This document shows positions 29,929 to 40,439 of a stretch of 64,000 nt of DNA, in pieces. Each line of letters starts with the position of its first letter. Within the stretch, counting starts at the first letter, position 1. The stretch spans positions 64,001 through 128,000 of the forward strand of contig JAWBQF010000004.1 of NCBI GenBank assembly GCA_038845975.1, written 5' to 3'. Made by a program: the position numbers and the translations under genes. Origin of the DNA: Candidatus Methanomethylicia archaeon. Its GTDB lineage: Archaea; Thermoproteota; Methanomethylicia; CALHIW01. The notes under the pieces are model-generated. The model did no database searches and was not told where the DNA came from. It saw only the letters and a list, made by a program, of their open reading frames with translations.

Positions 29929-32900
29929 ATGAGAGCACTGTTTCTAAATGCTTGTCCAAATTGTGGAGGAGATATACTGGATGAGAGGCTTTCACTGGGA
30001 GTACCTTGCGAGAAATGTCTTCCAATATCAATTAAAGAAATAACCGAGATATCATCAGTAGTAGGTAGTGAGAATTTTAAATTTAAAGTTTATGAACTCC
30101 TAAAAAGCCATAATACACTAAGCGGACTTTCCAGTCTGTTTAGTGTTGATGTTAAGCTTAAGGAGTTAGATGAGTTGTTTCATAAAGCTACGGGAAGTAG
30201 GCTTTGGAGTGCTCAAAGAGCATGGGCTAGAAGGGCGCTAGCTGGTAGAAGTTTCGCTATAATAGCTCCCACCGGTATGGGTAAGACAGTTTTTGGAATT
30301 GCATTATCAGTATATAATGCTTTAAATGAGAAACGTAGCTACATTATTGTTCCAACAGCAATTTTAGCTGAACAGGTTTACAGTAAAATCAATATATTTA
30401 TTGAAAAGCTTAATCTAAACATTAAAGTTTCACGTTACCACTCAGTTTTAGATGGAAACCAAAGAAAAAAGGAGCTTAACAAGATTATTAACGGTGAATT
30501 CGATATATTAGTCACTACTTCAAGCTTCCTCACTAACAATTTTAATATAGTTTCAAAATACTTATTTAACCTAGTTTTTGTAGATGATGTTGATTCTCTA
30601 TTAAAATCTTCGAAAAATGTAGATAAAGTACTTATGCTTTTAGGTTTAACTCCTGAAATTATATCTAATGGTTTAAAAATTGTAGATCTGAAAGCTAAAC
30701 TTTCAAAACTTCAAAAACGAAAAACAACCTCTAAAGAAGTAGACAGTATAGAATCTGAAATTGAACATACTAAAGAGGCAATTAGCGACTTCATAAATAA
30801 GGTAAAGACAGGAATTCTCATAGTTTCAGGAGCTTCAACTAAAGCTAGAAGAACCAAGAGAGTTAAGTTATTCAATGAGTTATTGGGATTTGAAATAGGA
30901 TCAAGAATAGAGTTTATTAGAAACATAGAGGATATATATGTTCATGATGTACATGTAGTTGAGGATAAGGTTATTGAGCTTATAAGGAAGTTAGGATCTG
31001 GAGGCATTGTATTTATTCCAATGGATAAAGGGGTAGAATATGCTGAAAAGCTTTACGGAAAGCTTATAGAGAGCGGTATTAATGCTGGTATCTACACTAA
31101 ATCTAAAAGGAAGCTTATAGAGGATTTCACTAATGGTAAATATGATGTCCTAATTGGTATGGCTTCCTATAGAAGCCCATTAACTAGAGGTATTGATATT
31201 CCACATAGAATTAGGTATGCTATATTTGCTGGAGTTCCAAAGTTTAGAATTAGCCTTGATATTGAAGAGGAGTTTAAACCTTCACGTGCATTAATATTAC
31301 TTGCAAATTTAAGAGATTTATTGGAGCAGAAGGAGCAGGATTTAGTGGACAAGTATATAATGGATCTTAGAAACTTAATAGCAATTATTGGAAGAGATGA
31401 CATGAAGAAAATAGTTGATGCTGTGAAACAGAATGTTAAGCTTACAGGCTTCCTTGAAAGAGTTAGAAGGAAGTTTATTGAAATAATTTCGTTTTTAACA
31501 AATCTAATAGGAAGAGAAGATATTAAGGAGAAAATTAAGCTAGCACCTCACCTGTCAATAAGCTCCGAGTTAGGTAAGCCGTATCTCGTAGTTCCAGACG
31601 CTGTCGCATATATTCAAGCATCAGGTAGAACTTCAAGATTGTATCTTGGAGGAGTATCAAAGGGTATTTCCATAGTTATTATTGATGATGATAAAGCATT
31701 TAATGGATTAGTAAAGGATGTTAAATGGTATGTTGAAGAAATAAATTGGAAAGATATCAAGGATGTTAATATTACTAAGTTATTGGAAGCTGTAGATAGC
31801 GATAGAGCTACAATAAGAAAGCTAATGGATGGAGTGATAAGTCCAGAATTTCAGGATATAGTTAAAACAGCACTTCTAGTTGTCGAGTCGCCTACTAAGG
31901 CAAGAACTATAGCGAAATTCTTCGGTAAACCTAGTAAAAGAACTATTCATGAACTAACTATTTACGAAGTAAGTACTGGGGACTTAGTTCTTAACATAGC
32001 TGCTAGTGGAGGACATGTCTTCGATATCCCAACCTATGATTTAGGAGGTAATAGTTTATATGGTGTATTAAGTATTGATGGAAGATTTATACCGGCATAC
32101 ATCACTATTAAGAGATGTTTAAAATGTAGGAAAACATTCACGGAGCCAATAGGAAAGTGTCCATCCTGTCAATCTCCTCTAGAAGATAAAATGTGGATTA
32201 TAGAAGCATTAAGAGATGCTGCTTGGGAGGCAGATATGGTTTTAATAGGAACTGATGCTGATGCTGAAGGGGAAAAAATAGGATGGGATATTGCACAAAT
32301 GCTGATGCCGTATACTTCAATGATTAAAAGAATTGAATTTCATGAAGTAACAAAAAGAGCATTAATAAATGCATTAAAAAATATGCGTGATATTAACCAT
32401 AAACTTGTAGAAGCCCAAATAGTACGGAGAATTGAGGATAGATGGATTGGATTTGAGCTCAGTAAGAAGCTATGGTCTAAATTTAATAATTACAGGTTAT
32501 CAGCTGGAAGAGTACAAACTCCTGTTTTAGGCTGGGTTGTTGAAAGAACAAGTGAAACTAGAAGAAATATTCAGGATTTCTTCGAGCTTACATTAGAGAA
32601 TGGAATTAAAATAGTTTTAAAAAAGCCATTAATGAAACATGAGGAAGTTAAAAGAGAAATAGATAAACTTAAAAATTTAACATGCATAGTTAAATGGGTT
32701 TTAAAGGAAGAGGAGGAAGTTAATCCGTCACCACCATTCTCAACAGACTCACTACTTAACGAGGCAGCATCAACACTAAAGTTTAATGTTAGTAAAACTA
32801 TGGCTTTAGCTCAGGACCTATTTGAAGTAGGCTTAATAACATATCACAGAACTGATAGTATAAGAGTTTCTTCAATTGGGCAGAATATAGCATTAGAATA

Positions 32901-33612
32901 CATTAGGGATAAATTTGGTGAAGAATTCTTTAAGCCACGTGAATGGTCGAGAGAGGGGGCACATGAATGTATAAGACCGACAAGACCTATAGATACAGCG
33001 AGACTTAGACAACTACTAGCATTAGGTGTTATAAGACTTGCTAAGAGATTAACAGATGATCATCTAGCATTATATGATATTATATTTAAAAAATTTATTG
33101 CAAGCCAAATGACACCTACAAAAGTAGTTAAGCAGAAATGTGAAATAGCTATTGAAGACTACATTGAAAAAATTGAAGGTTACATACACATAGTTAAACC
33201 TGGCTTTAGCCTTATAAAACCTCTCCACTTAATACCGGAGGTCAAGGAAGGCGCAATAAAGATATTAAATGTACAGAACTGGAAAGCTCCAACAGTTAAT
33301 TTACTAACACAGGGAGATATAATAGGACTAATGAAAATTAGAGGAATAGGAAGACCATCAACATACGCTAAAATTATGGAAACACTATTTCAGAGAGGAT
33401 ATATAAAGGAAAGCCCTAAAAGAAACATAATTTCAACAAAGAAGGGGTACATGGTTTACATTTATCTTTCCAACGAGTTTAATGAATTTGTATCTGAAGA
33501 AACAACAAGAAAACTTGAGGAAATAATGGATTTAATAGAAAAAGGAAGTATTGATTATCAAGATGTTCTACATAAACTATACAGTGAAATAGTAAGTATA
33601 AGAATAAGGTAA
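29929..33612 (+). CDS. rgy: Reverse gyrase
   Basis: N-terminal CPNCGG zinc finger; APTGMGKT, DDVD, QASGRTSR helicase motifs; VESPTKA, SAGRVQTP, ITYHRTD topoisomerase IA motifs. Confidence 0.97.
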   Translation: MRALFLNACPNCGGDILDERLSLGVPCEKCLPISIKEITEISSVVGSENFKFKVYELLKSHNTLSGLSSLFSVDVKLKELDELFHKATGSRLWSAQRAWARRALAGRSFAIIAPTGMGKTVFGIALSVYNALNEKRSYIIVPTAILAEQVYSKINIFIEKLNLNIKVSRYHSVLDGNQRKKELNKIINGEFDILVTTSSFLTNNFNIVSKYLFNLVFVDDVDSLLKSSKNVDKVLMLLGLTPEIISNGLKIVDLKAKLSKLQKRKTTSKEVDSIESEIEHTKEAISDFINKVKTGILIVSGASTKARRTKRVKLFNELLGFEIGSRIEFIRNIEDIYVHDVHVVEDKVIELIRKLGSGGIVFIPMDKGVEYAEKLYGKLIESGINAGIYTKSKRKLIEDFTNGKYDVLIGMASYRSPLTRGIDIPHRIRYAIFAGVPKFRISLDIEEEFKPSRALILLANLRDLLEQKEQDLVDKYIMDLRNLIAIIGRDDMKKIVDAVKQNVKLTGFLERVRRKFIEIISFLTNLIGREDIKEKIKLAPHLSISSELGKPYLVVPDAVAYIQASGRTSRLYLGGVSKGISIVIIDDDKAFNGLVKDVKWYVEEINWKDIKDVNITKLLEAVDSDRATIRKLMDGVISPEFQDIVKTALLVVESPTKARTIAKFFGKPSKRTIHELTIYEVSTGDLVLNIAASGGHVFDIPTYDLGGNSLYGVLSIDGRFIPAYITIKRCLKCRKTFTEPIGKCPSCQSPLEDKMWIIEALRDAAWEADMVLIGTDADAEGEKIGWDIAQMLMPYTSMIKRIEFHEVTKRALINALKNMRDINHKLVEAQIVRRIEDRWIGFELSKKLWSKFNNYRLSAGRVQTPVLGWVVERTSETRRNIQDFFELTLENGIKIVLKKPLMKHEEVKREIDKLKNLTCIVKWVLKEEEEVNPSPPFSTDSLLNEAASTLKFNVSKTMALAQDLFEVGLITYHRTDSIRVSSIGQNIALEYIRDKFGEEFFKPREWSREGAHECIRPTRPIDTARLRQLLALGVIRLAKRLTDDHLALYDIIFKKFIASQMTPTKVVKQKCEIAIEDYIEKIEGYIHIVKPGFSLIKPLHLIPEVKEGAIKILNVQNWKAPTVNLLTQGDIIGLMKIRGIGRPSTYAKIMETLFQRGYIKESPKRNIISTKKGYMVYIYLSNEFNEFVSEETTRKLEEIMDLIEKGSIDYQDVLHKLYSEIVSIRIR

Positions 33613-34341
33613 ATCGTACTCCAATTAGAGCGACATAGAAGCATTTCTTCATTCTTACTATCCTATATGTTTAAGCTTGAGTTTTCTTTATTTATAGTGA
33701 ATTGTAGCTATTTGCTTGTAAATATTATAATTTAGATTTCATCTAATAAAGTTTAGTTTATATATTGTTGGTTTATCTGGTTAGGTTTGCGATGCTTACG
33801 ATACTCAAATACAAAATTTATCACTCTAATAAATAATATGAGTTGAACTATTTTAAGAATAAAACCATTAACAGAATCTAAGCTTCTAAACGAACTATAT
33901 AAGCTTTCCAAAATCTTATATATTGTTTCCCAATATAGACACTACCCACCTTTACTGTCACTAGCATAAGCTAGTTCTACTCCTCCCATAATCACATTAC
34001 GATATAACTCCACTATAAGAATGATCTAATTCAGCTCTACCTTACATATTAGCGAATACTAGCTCTTATCAACTATGTTTAGAATTAATTGTTGATTTCA
34101 AAATGTTAATTTGATTAGCTGTTAATCACCTATATTGGAAGAGTAGTTAACAATTTTAAAGCTAATCATCATCCTACACTAAACTTCTACGATATAACTA
34201 TGGGGTATTCGTAAATCCACATAGAAAACATTATACTAATGCTTAGTCTCAAATATAGATAGCCATATTAATCATAATAATAGTGCTGAATGACTGTCTA
34301 AATGTAGGTGTTATGAATTCATATACTATGGAAAATTTTAA

Positions 34342-36036
34342 GTGCTTACAATTATATTTCAACTTATGAGTTACATAAATAATGTAGTACTAAAACAAAT
34401 CGAACTAGAGGAAAAAGAAAGGGAAAAAGCTAAAAAAGGGCTTGAAAGAAAGAATAAATTTGAAACATTATCAGGCATTGAGGTTAAACAGTTTTATAAA
34501 CCTGAAGATATTAAAAATTTAAATTATGAAAGGGACTTAGGAGATCCAGGTCATTACCCATTTACAAGAGGTATTTATGAAACCATGTATCGCGGTAGAC
34601 TCTGGACTATTAGAATGTTTTCTGGATTTGGAAGTCCAAGAGAAACAAATTCTAGATGGAAGGACCTAATAGCTCATGGTGAAACAGGATTAAGCTGTGC
34701 CTTCGACTATCCAACACTTTTAGGATATGATTCAGACGATCCATTAGCAAGAGGGGAAGTTGGTAGATGCGGTGTTTCTGTATCATGTATTAAAGATATG
34801 GAAGATCTTTGGAGTGGAATACCTATTGGCAAAGTTACTGTAAACTATACTATAAATACTCCAGCAATATATATTCTTGCATGCCATTTCGCTCTAGCTG
34901 AAGCTCAAGGCTACTATTTAACTGATGTTAGCGGCACAACACAAAATGATATGCTTAAGGAGTTTATAGGTCAGAAATCATATAGATTCCCTCCTGAACC
35001 ACATGTTAATATTGTTATTGACATTATAAAGTTCTGCGTTAAGAATGCGCCCAGATGGCATCCAGTTAGTGTAAGCGGCTATCATATAAGAGAAGCTGGA
35101 GCTACACCTATTCAGGAGCTTGCATGGACAATTGCAGATGGCATAACCTATATTGAGAAATGCATAGAAGCTGGATTAAATATTGATGATGTTGCACCAA
35201 CATTTTCCTTCTTCTTTGCATGTGGGGATAACTTTTTCGAAGAAATAGCGAAGTTTAGAGCTGCTAGACGTATATGGGCTAAAATTATGCGTGAGAGATT
35301 TAATGCTATTAAGACCAAATCTTGGACTCTTAGATTTCATACACAGACAGCAGGCCATACATTAACATATCAATATCCAGAGCTTAATATTGTTAGAGTA
35401 GCAATACAGGCTTTAGCTGCAGTTCTAGGAGGAACACAGTCACTTCATACAAACTCATTTGACGAAGCAATATGTGTCCCTACTGAAAAAGCAGCTAGAA
35501 TAGCGACTCTTACTCAACGTATTATAGCACATGAAACCGGTGTAGCTGATGTAATTGATCCATTAGGAGGTTCATACTATGTAGAGTGGTTAACAAATGA
35601 AATGGAGGAGAAAGCATGGAGTGAAATAGAAAGAATAGAGAGAATGGGCGGGGTTATAGAATGTATAAAGAATGGCTACTTCCTCATTGAAATTGCGAAA
35701 TCAGCAAATGAATATAGAAGAAAAATGGAGAGGGGGGAAATAGAGAAAGTTGGGGTTAACATACTTCAACCAGCTGAGCTAAAATACGATTTTAAACCTT
35801 TGAAAGTACCTTTAGAACTTGAAGATGAGAGAAGGAAATTTCTAAATGAATTTAGAGGAAATAGAGATCAGCAAAAAGTCAATTATATACTAGATAAGCT
35901 AAGAAAAGCTGCTGAGAAAAATGATCATTTATTCCCAGTAGTACTTGAAGCTGTTAAAGCTAAAGCAACATTAGGAGAGGTTATGTACGTATTTGAGGGG
36001 GTTTATGGAAGATATCGTGAACCCACAATCTTCTAA
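34342..36036 (+). CDS. B12-dependent acyl-CoA mutase large subunit (methylmalonyl-CoA mutase family, isobutyryl-CoA-mutase-type residues)
   Basis: YPFTRG, WTIRMFSGFG, TQNDMLKEFIGQK, SGYHIREAGA, GGTQSLHTNSFDEA. Confidence 0.92.
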   Translation: MLTIIFQLMSYINNVVLKQIELEEKEREKAKKGLERKNKFETLSGIEVKQFYKPEDIKNLNYERDLGDPGHYPFTRGIYETMYRGRLWTIRMFSGFGSPRETNSRWKDLIAHGETGLSCAFDYPTLLGYDSDDPLARGEVGRCGVSVSCIKDMEDLWSGIPIGKVTVNYTINTPAIYILACHFALAEAQGYYLTDVSGTTQNDMLKEFIGQKSYRFPPEPHVNIVIDIIKFCVKNAPRWHPVSVSGYHIREAGATPIQELAWTIADGITYIEKCIEAGLNIDDVAPTFSFFFACGDNFFEEIAKFRAARRIWAKIMRERFNAIKTKSWTLRFHTQTAGHTLTYQYPELNIVRVAIQALAAVLGGTQSLHTNSFDEAICVPTEKAARIATLTQRIIAHETGVADVIDPLGGSYYVEWLTNEMEEKAWSEIERIERMGGVIECIKNGYFLIEIAKSANEYRRKMERGEIEKVGVNILQPAELKYDFKPLKVPLELEDERRKFLNEFRGNRDQQKVNYILDKLRKAAEKNDHLFPVVLEAVKAKATLGEVMYVFEGVYGRYREPTIF

Positions 36037-36046
36037 GTGAGGTAGC

Positions 36047-36448
36047 ATGGAGAAGAAAATTAGAGTACTTATAGCTAAGCCTGGACTTAATGGGCATGAT
36101 AGAGGAGCTAAAGTTGTAGCTAGAGGACTTGCAGAAGAAGGAATGGAAGTTATATATGCTGGATTATGGAATACGCCTGAGCAAATAGTTGAAACAGCCA
36201 TTCAGGAGGATGTTGATGTAATAGGTTTAAGTATTCTCTCAGGAGCACATGATGTTTTAGTACCGGAAGTTTTAAGGATTCTAAGAGAAAGAGGAATTGA
36301 TAATGTTATAGTATTAGTTGGAGGTACTATTCCACTTGAAGATATTAAATTTCTAAAGGATTATGGTGTAAAAGAGGTTTTTCTTCCAGGAACACCAATT
36401 TCAGAAATAGCTAAATTCATAAAGCAAATAATATACAAAACTGAGTAA
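36047..36448 (+). CDS. Cobalamin-binding small subunit of the acyl-CoA mutase
   Basis: AKPGLNGHDRGAK, GLSILSGAH, VGGTIP, FLPGT. Confidence 0.92.
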   Translation: MEKKIRVLIAKPGLNGHDRGAKVVARGLAEEGMEVIYAGLWNTPEQIVETAIQEDVDVIGLSILSGAHDVLVPEVLRILRERGIDNVIVLVGGTIPLEDIKFLKDYGVKEVFLPGTPISEIAKFIKQIIYKTE

Positions 36449-36853
36449 ACAAAATAAATAAGAGTAAAATAAAGAATAATCATAAATCCTAAATGGACTT
36501 ATAAAATACCAAATATTAAATACAGATTAGAATAAGCAATAACATCAAAAGAAAACTAAAAATCAATATTGAACCATATAAGTACTATGAAATTAATCAA
36601 TGCTATCGATTAAACATGCTTAGTTAGAAGACAAAATCATATGATGGAATATATAATTTAATTTCTAAAATATAACAGAAAATACAAACTGATACAAGTA
36701 AACTTCAACAATAAGGTATGGTGTAGAAGCTATAATAATTACTCAATTCCATATATTAAAATTCTTTCCATTAATTATTTTGATGCATTTATTGATAATA
36801 TATGGTTTAGTTTAACTATAATTCAGTAGCAAGTTAACATCTATGTTAGGAAT

Positions 36854-37816
36854 TTATGATGAATGAAGCATTTTTGATATGAGTCTAATAATTTGTTTAG
36901 TTGCGTTATAGGATGTTATTTCGGATCTCATATATGATTCTACTATTTTTCCAATTTCTAAGTCTTTATATAGCTTCTCTTTAATAATCATGTTTAACTC
37001 GTATAGAACATTATCTGTAAGCTCGGACATAAAGCGTTTTCTATTAAGTTTTGTAAAAGTATCCGTTTTATAGAGGAAGTCCTTATGAATCTGTATTTGA
37101 TGATATAGCTCCTCTACTCCTATTCCGGTTAAACCAATGGTTTTCACTACTGGAGGTATCCATCCTTCTTCATGTTTTCTATATTTAAGAAGCTCTACTA
37201 ACATCATAGCTACCAACTCAGCATTTGGATTATCTGATTTATTTATAACATATATGTCTGCAACCTCCATTATACCTGACTTCATAAACTGAATTTCATC
37301 ACCAAGCATGGGTCCAAGTACAAGTAGGACTGTATGTGAATAGTTTGCTATATTCACATCAAGCTGCCCAGCACCTACACTTTCAATTATTATAGTATTG
37401 AAACCTGCTGCTTCAAGAATTCTAATAGCTGGACCTAATGCTCTTGCAATGCCGCCATATCCTCCCCTTGTAGCCATACTTCTAATAAAAACTCCATCAT
37501 CAAGACTATGTCTTTGCATTCTAACCCTATCACCAAGTAGTGCTCCACCAGTAAAGGGGCTTGTAGGATCAATAGCTATAACAGCAATACTACATTTTGA
37601 CTTTCTATATATTGATATTAACTTATCTATGAGTGTGCTTTTACCAATTCCAAGAGGACCAGTTACACCTACTATATGAGATTTTCCACAGTATTCTCTT
37701 AATGCTTTAAGTATATAACATGCTTCAGGTTTAAAATTCTCTATAGTCGATATTGCTTTAGCTATTGCTTTCTTATCACCGTTTAGTATATCTTTAACGA
37801 TTTCCATTTCTATCAT
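36854..37816 (-). CDS. meaB: Mutase-associated GTPase metallochaperone MeaB
   Basis: GPLGIGKST, DPTSPFTGGALLGDRVRM, FIRSMATRG, ESVGAGQ, NKSD. Confidence 0.92.
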   Translation of the reverse strand: MIEMEIVKDILNGDKKAIAKAISTIENFKPEACYILKALREYCGKSHIVGVTGPLGIGKSTLIDKLISIYRKSKCSIAVIAIDPTSPFTGGALLGDRVRMQRHSLDDGVFIRSMATRGGYGGIARALGPAIRILEAAGFNTIIIESVGAGQLDVNIANYSHTVLLVLGPMLGDEIQFMKSGIMEVADIYVINKSDNPNAELVAMMLVELLKYRKHEEGWIPPVVKTIGLTGIGVEELYHQIQIHKDFLYKTDTFTKLNRKRFMSELTDNVLYELNMIIKEKLYKDLEIGKIVESYMRSEITSYNATKQIIRLISKMLHSS

Positions 37817-38260
37817 GTCTCATTTCAATTACTTCATCCTTATAAAAGTTTTCTAGCGGTTAAGATGTATTTTTAAATATGATTGATAGAATTAGTTAAC
37901 ATTAGATATCTCATCTTTACTAATAAAATTAAATCTACGAACATACTTCATGAATTTAGCTTCTAATATTTATTTAAAACATGATTTTAAGATTTACCCT
38001 TACATATAGGGGAATTTTGTATTAATCTAGGCTGTGATTGAGAATTTTACTTCTAGTATTTTGAATAGATTATATGCTTCATGAGTTAAGATCAACCTAT
38101 TCTTATGGCTGTGATTAGTAGAGTTGGAAAAGTTAAGAAGACAGGTATGACTATATTTATTAATCTCTTCACACGTAGTTTCCAGTATTGAGAAGAATAT
38201 TGTGATGAAGTTTCTTTAAGTTCTCTCTATTCTTATTTTGTTTATTCTTTGCTATTATAG

Positions 38261-38361
38261 GAAAGACTATAGAGTAGCTGTTGAAAATTATGAAGATTTG
38301 TGAAGGAACTAGTGAAATTTAAAGGATAGTAATTATAATGCAGCTTTTAAAAAAGTTTTGA
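38261..38361 (+). pseudogene. C-terminal relic of an acyl-CoA dehydrogenase gene
   Basis: LKIMKICEGTSEI*RIVIIMQLLKKF* matches the conserved ACAD tail (IYEGTSEIQRxVI). Confidence 0.65.
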
Positions 38362-38389
38362 AGTGGATTTATTAGGATTAAGCTAGCTC

Positions 38390-39184
38390 TTACTCCCCCT
38401 TAAACTCCGGTTTTCTCTTTTCAAAAAATGCAGTTATACCTTCAATCACATCTTTTGAAGAAATCACCATTCCAAATGCTTCAGCTTCAATTCTTAATCC
38501 AGCCTCTAATGATGCTTGAACGCCAAGATTTAATGCATACTTAGCGCATTTTAATGCTATTGGTGGACCTTCAGCAAGCTTTCTTGCAAATGCTTTAACT
38601 TCCTCTTCAAACCTATCTACCTGAACAACCTTATGCACTAATCCAATTCTTAAAGCTTCATCAGCAGTTATTCTATCACCTAACATTATTAGCTCTTTAG
38701 CTTTCGCTAAGCCAATTATTCGTGGAAGCCTCTGTGTTCCTCCCCATCCCGGAATGATCCCAAGCTTGATCTCAGGCTGACCAAGCTGGCTTGTTTCTGA
38801 AGCTATTCTAAAATCACATGCAAGAGCTAATTCTAATCCACCACCTAAAGCATATCCATTTATAGCTGCTATAACTGGCTTCGAAATCTTTTCTATCTTC
38901 GATATTACCTCCTGCCCTTTACTTGATGCTTCCACAGCTGTTACTGGTGTTAAGCTGGAAAATGATGTTACATCAGCACCTACACTAAATGCTCTATCAC
39001 CTGCACCTGTTATAATTATGCATCTAACATCTCCATCAGCTTCAAACTCATCTAGAGCTGTTGAAAGTTCGTTTAGTAGTTCTATAGTCATAGCATTTAG
39101 TCTATGTGGCCTATTAAGTACTATCCAACCTATATTACCCTCCTTTTTCACAATTATATTTTCAAATCTTCTTACCTCAGACAT
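38390..39184 (-). CDS. Enoyl-CoA hydratase (crotonase family)
   Basis: LNRPHRLNA, AFSVGAD, GYALGGGLELALACD, GQPEIKLGIIPGWGGTQRL. Confidence 0.93.
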   Translation of the reverse strand: MSEVRRFENIIVKKEGNIGWIVLNRPHRLNAMTIELLNELSTALDEFEADGDVRCIIITGAGDRAFSVGADVTSFSSLTPVTAVEASSKGQEVISKIEKISKPVIAAINGYALGGGLELALACDFRIASETSQLGQPEIKLGIIPGWGGTQRLPRIIGLAKAKELIMLGDRITADEALRIGLVHKVVQVDRFEEEVKAFARKLAEGPPIALKCAKYALNLGVQASLEAGLRIEAEAFGMVISSKDVIEGITAFFEKRKPEFKGE

Positions 39185-39189
39185 TATAT

Positions 39190-40386
39190 CTACCTATTAT
39201 AGATGTGGAAGCCTTGACCGGTTTTCTTGCCAAGTCTACCCTTACTAACATAGTCTTCAAGAAGGGGGCATGGCTTATACATTTCTTCACCGTATTTTGA
39301 ATACATATCTCTTAGTTTACCTAGCACTACATCTAGACCTAATCTATCTCCTAATTCACACGGTCCTGAAGGCCAGCCAGTACCAAGCTTCATACCAGTA
39401 TCTATATCTACTGGATCTGTAACATCTTCATGTATTAGCCAGGCAGCTTCATTAATTGCTACAGCATATACTCTATTTATATCATATTTTCCTGCAAGCG
39501 TAAACTTTATTCTTGGTCTACCAGATAACCAATCATAAAAGCCCTGACCGGTTTTTTGACCAAGCTTACCCTCATTTAGTAGAGGTTCAGCTAATGGACA
39601 TGGCTTCATTCTTTCACCGTATGCTTCATACATAACTTTTGCAACGCTTGCTAGTACATCAAGCCCTACATAGTCAGCAAGCTCAAATATACCCATTGGA
39701 AATCCTGCCTTATACTTAACCGATGCATCAATCTCCTCTATTGTAGATTCCTTTCGATATACAGTCCAAAATGCTTCATTGAATACTGCTCCAAGAACTC
39801 TATTTACTATAAAGCCTCTAACATCCTTTCTACATGTAACAACGGTTTTACCCATTTTTTTAGCGAGTTCAGTAATAATGTTCATAGTTTCATCACTTGT
39901 AAACTGTCCCTTGATTACTTCACATAGCGGCATTAACTGCGGTGGATTGAAAAAATGCATTCCAGCAATTTTATCCGGTCTACTTGTAGATTTCGATATT
40001 TCGGTAATGCTTAGACTTGAAGTATTAGTTGCCAGGATAGTATGTTTAGGAGCTAACTGGTCAAGCCTAGCAAACAGCTCCTTTTTCAACTCGATTTTTT
40101 CAGGTATTGCTTCTATAACTACATCAGCACTTCCAGCAACTTCCTCTAGCCTTGTTGTTGTTTTGATACGTGAAAGAATAAGAGATACATCTTCAGGTTT
40201 AATTCTTCTTTTCTCAGCAAATTTTTCAAGACTCCATTTTATCTTTTCAATAGCTTTAGCTAAAATCTCATCGCTTACATCAACCATTACAACATTATAT
40301 CCAGCAGTTGCAGCGATTTGAGCAATACCGTGACCCATAGTTCCAGAACCAATAACAACAATATTTCTAACATCTTCAACCTTCAT
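39190..40386 (-). CDS. 3-hydroxyacyl-CoA dehydrogenase with duplicated C-terminal domain
   Basis: GSGTMGHGIA, EAIPE, TNTSSL, GMHFFNP; two G.LG.KTGQGF motifs. Confidence 0.93.
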   Translation of the reverse strand: MKVEDVRNIVVIGSGTMGHGIAQIAATAGYNVVMVDVSDEILAKAIEKIKWSLEKFAEKRRIKPEDVSLILSRIKTTTRLEEVAGSADVVIEAIPEKIELKKELFARLDQLAPKHTILATNTSSLSITEISKSTSRPDKIAGMHFFNPPQLMPLCEVIKGQFTSDETMNIITELAKKMGKTVVTCRKDVRGFIVNRVLGAVFNEAFWTVYRKESTIEEIDASVKYKAGFPMGIFELADYVGLDVLASVAKVMYEAYGERMKPCPLAEPLLNEGKLGQKTGQGFYDWLSGRPRIKFTLAGKYDINRVYAVAINEAAWLIHEDVTDPVDIDTGMKLGTGWPSGPCELGDRLGLDVVLGKLRDMYSKYGEEMYKPCPLLEDYVSKGRLGKKTGQGFHIYNR

Positions 40387-40439
40387 AAAATAACCCCATT
40401 CAAAATTGAATGTATTGGAATTATATAAAGTTTTCCAGA

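Noticed and set aside
29929-33612. Possible intein or intron in reverse gyrase
   Set aside because: The ORF is continuous, of normal length, and I saw no intein motifs or hairpin insertion.
39779-40321. Long antisense ORFs (also 6129-6479, 24900-25253, 42263-42568, 56148-56609, 56596-56982, 62838-63128 and similar)
   Set aside because: They overlap well-supported genes on the opposite strand and show no protein motifs.
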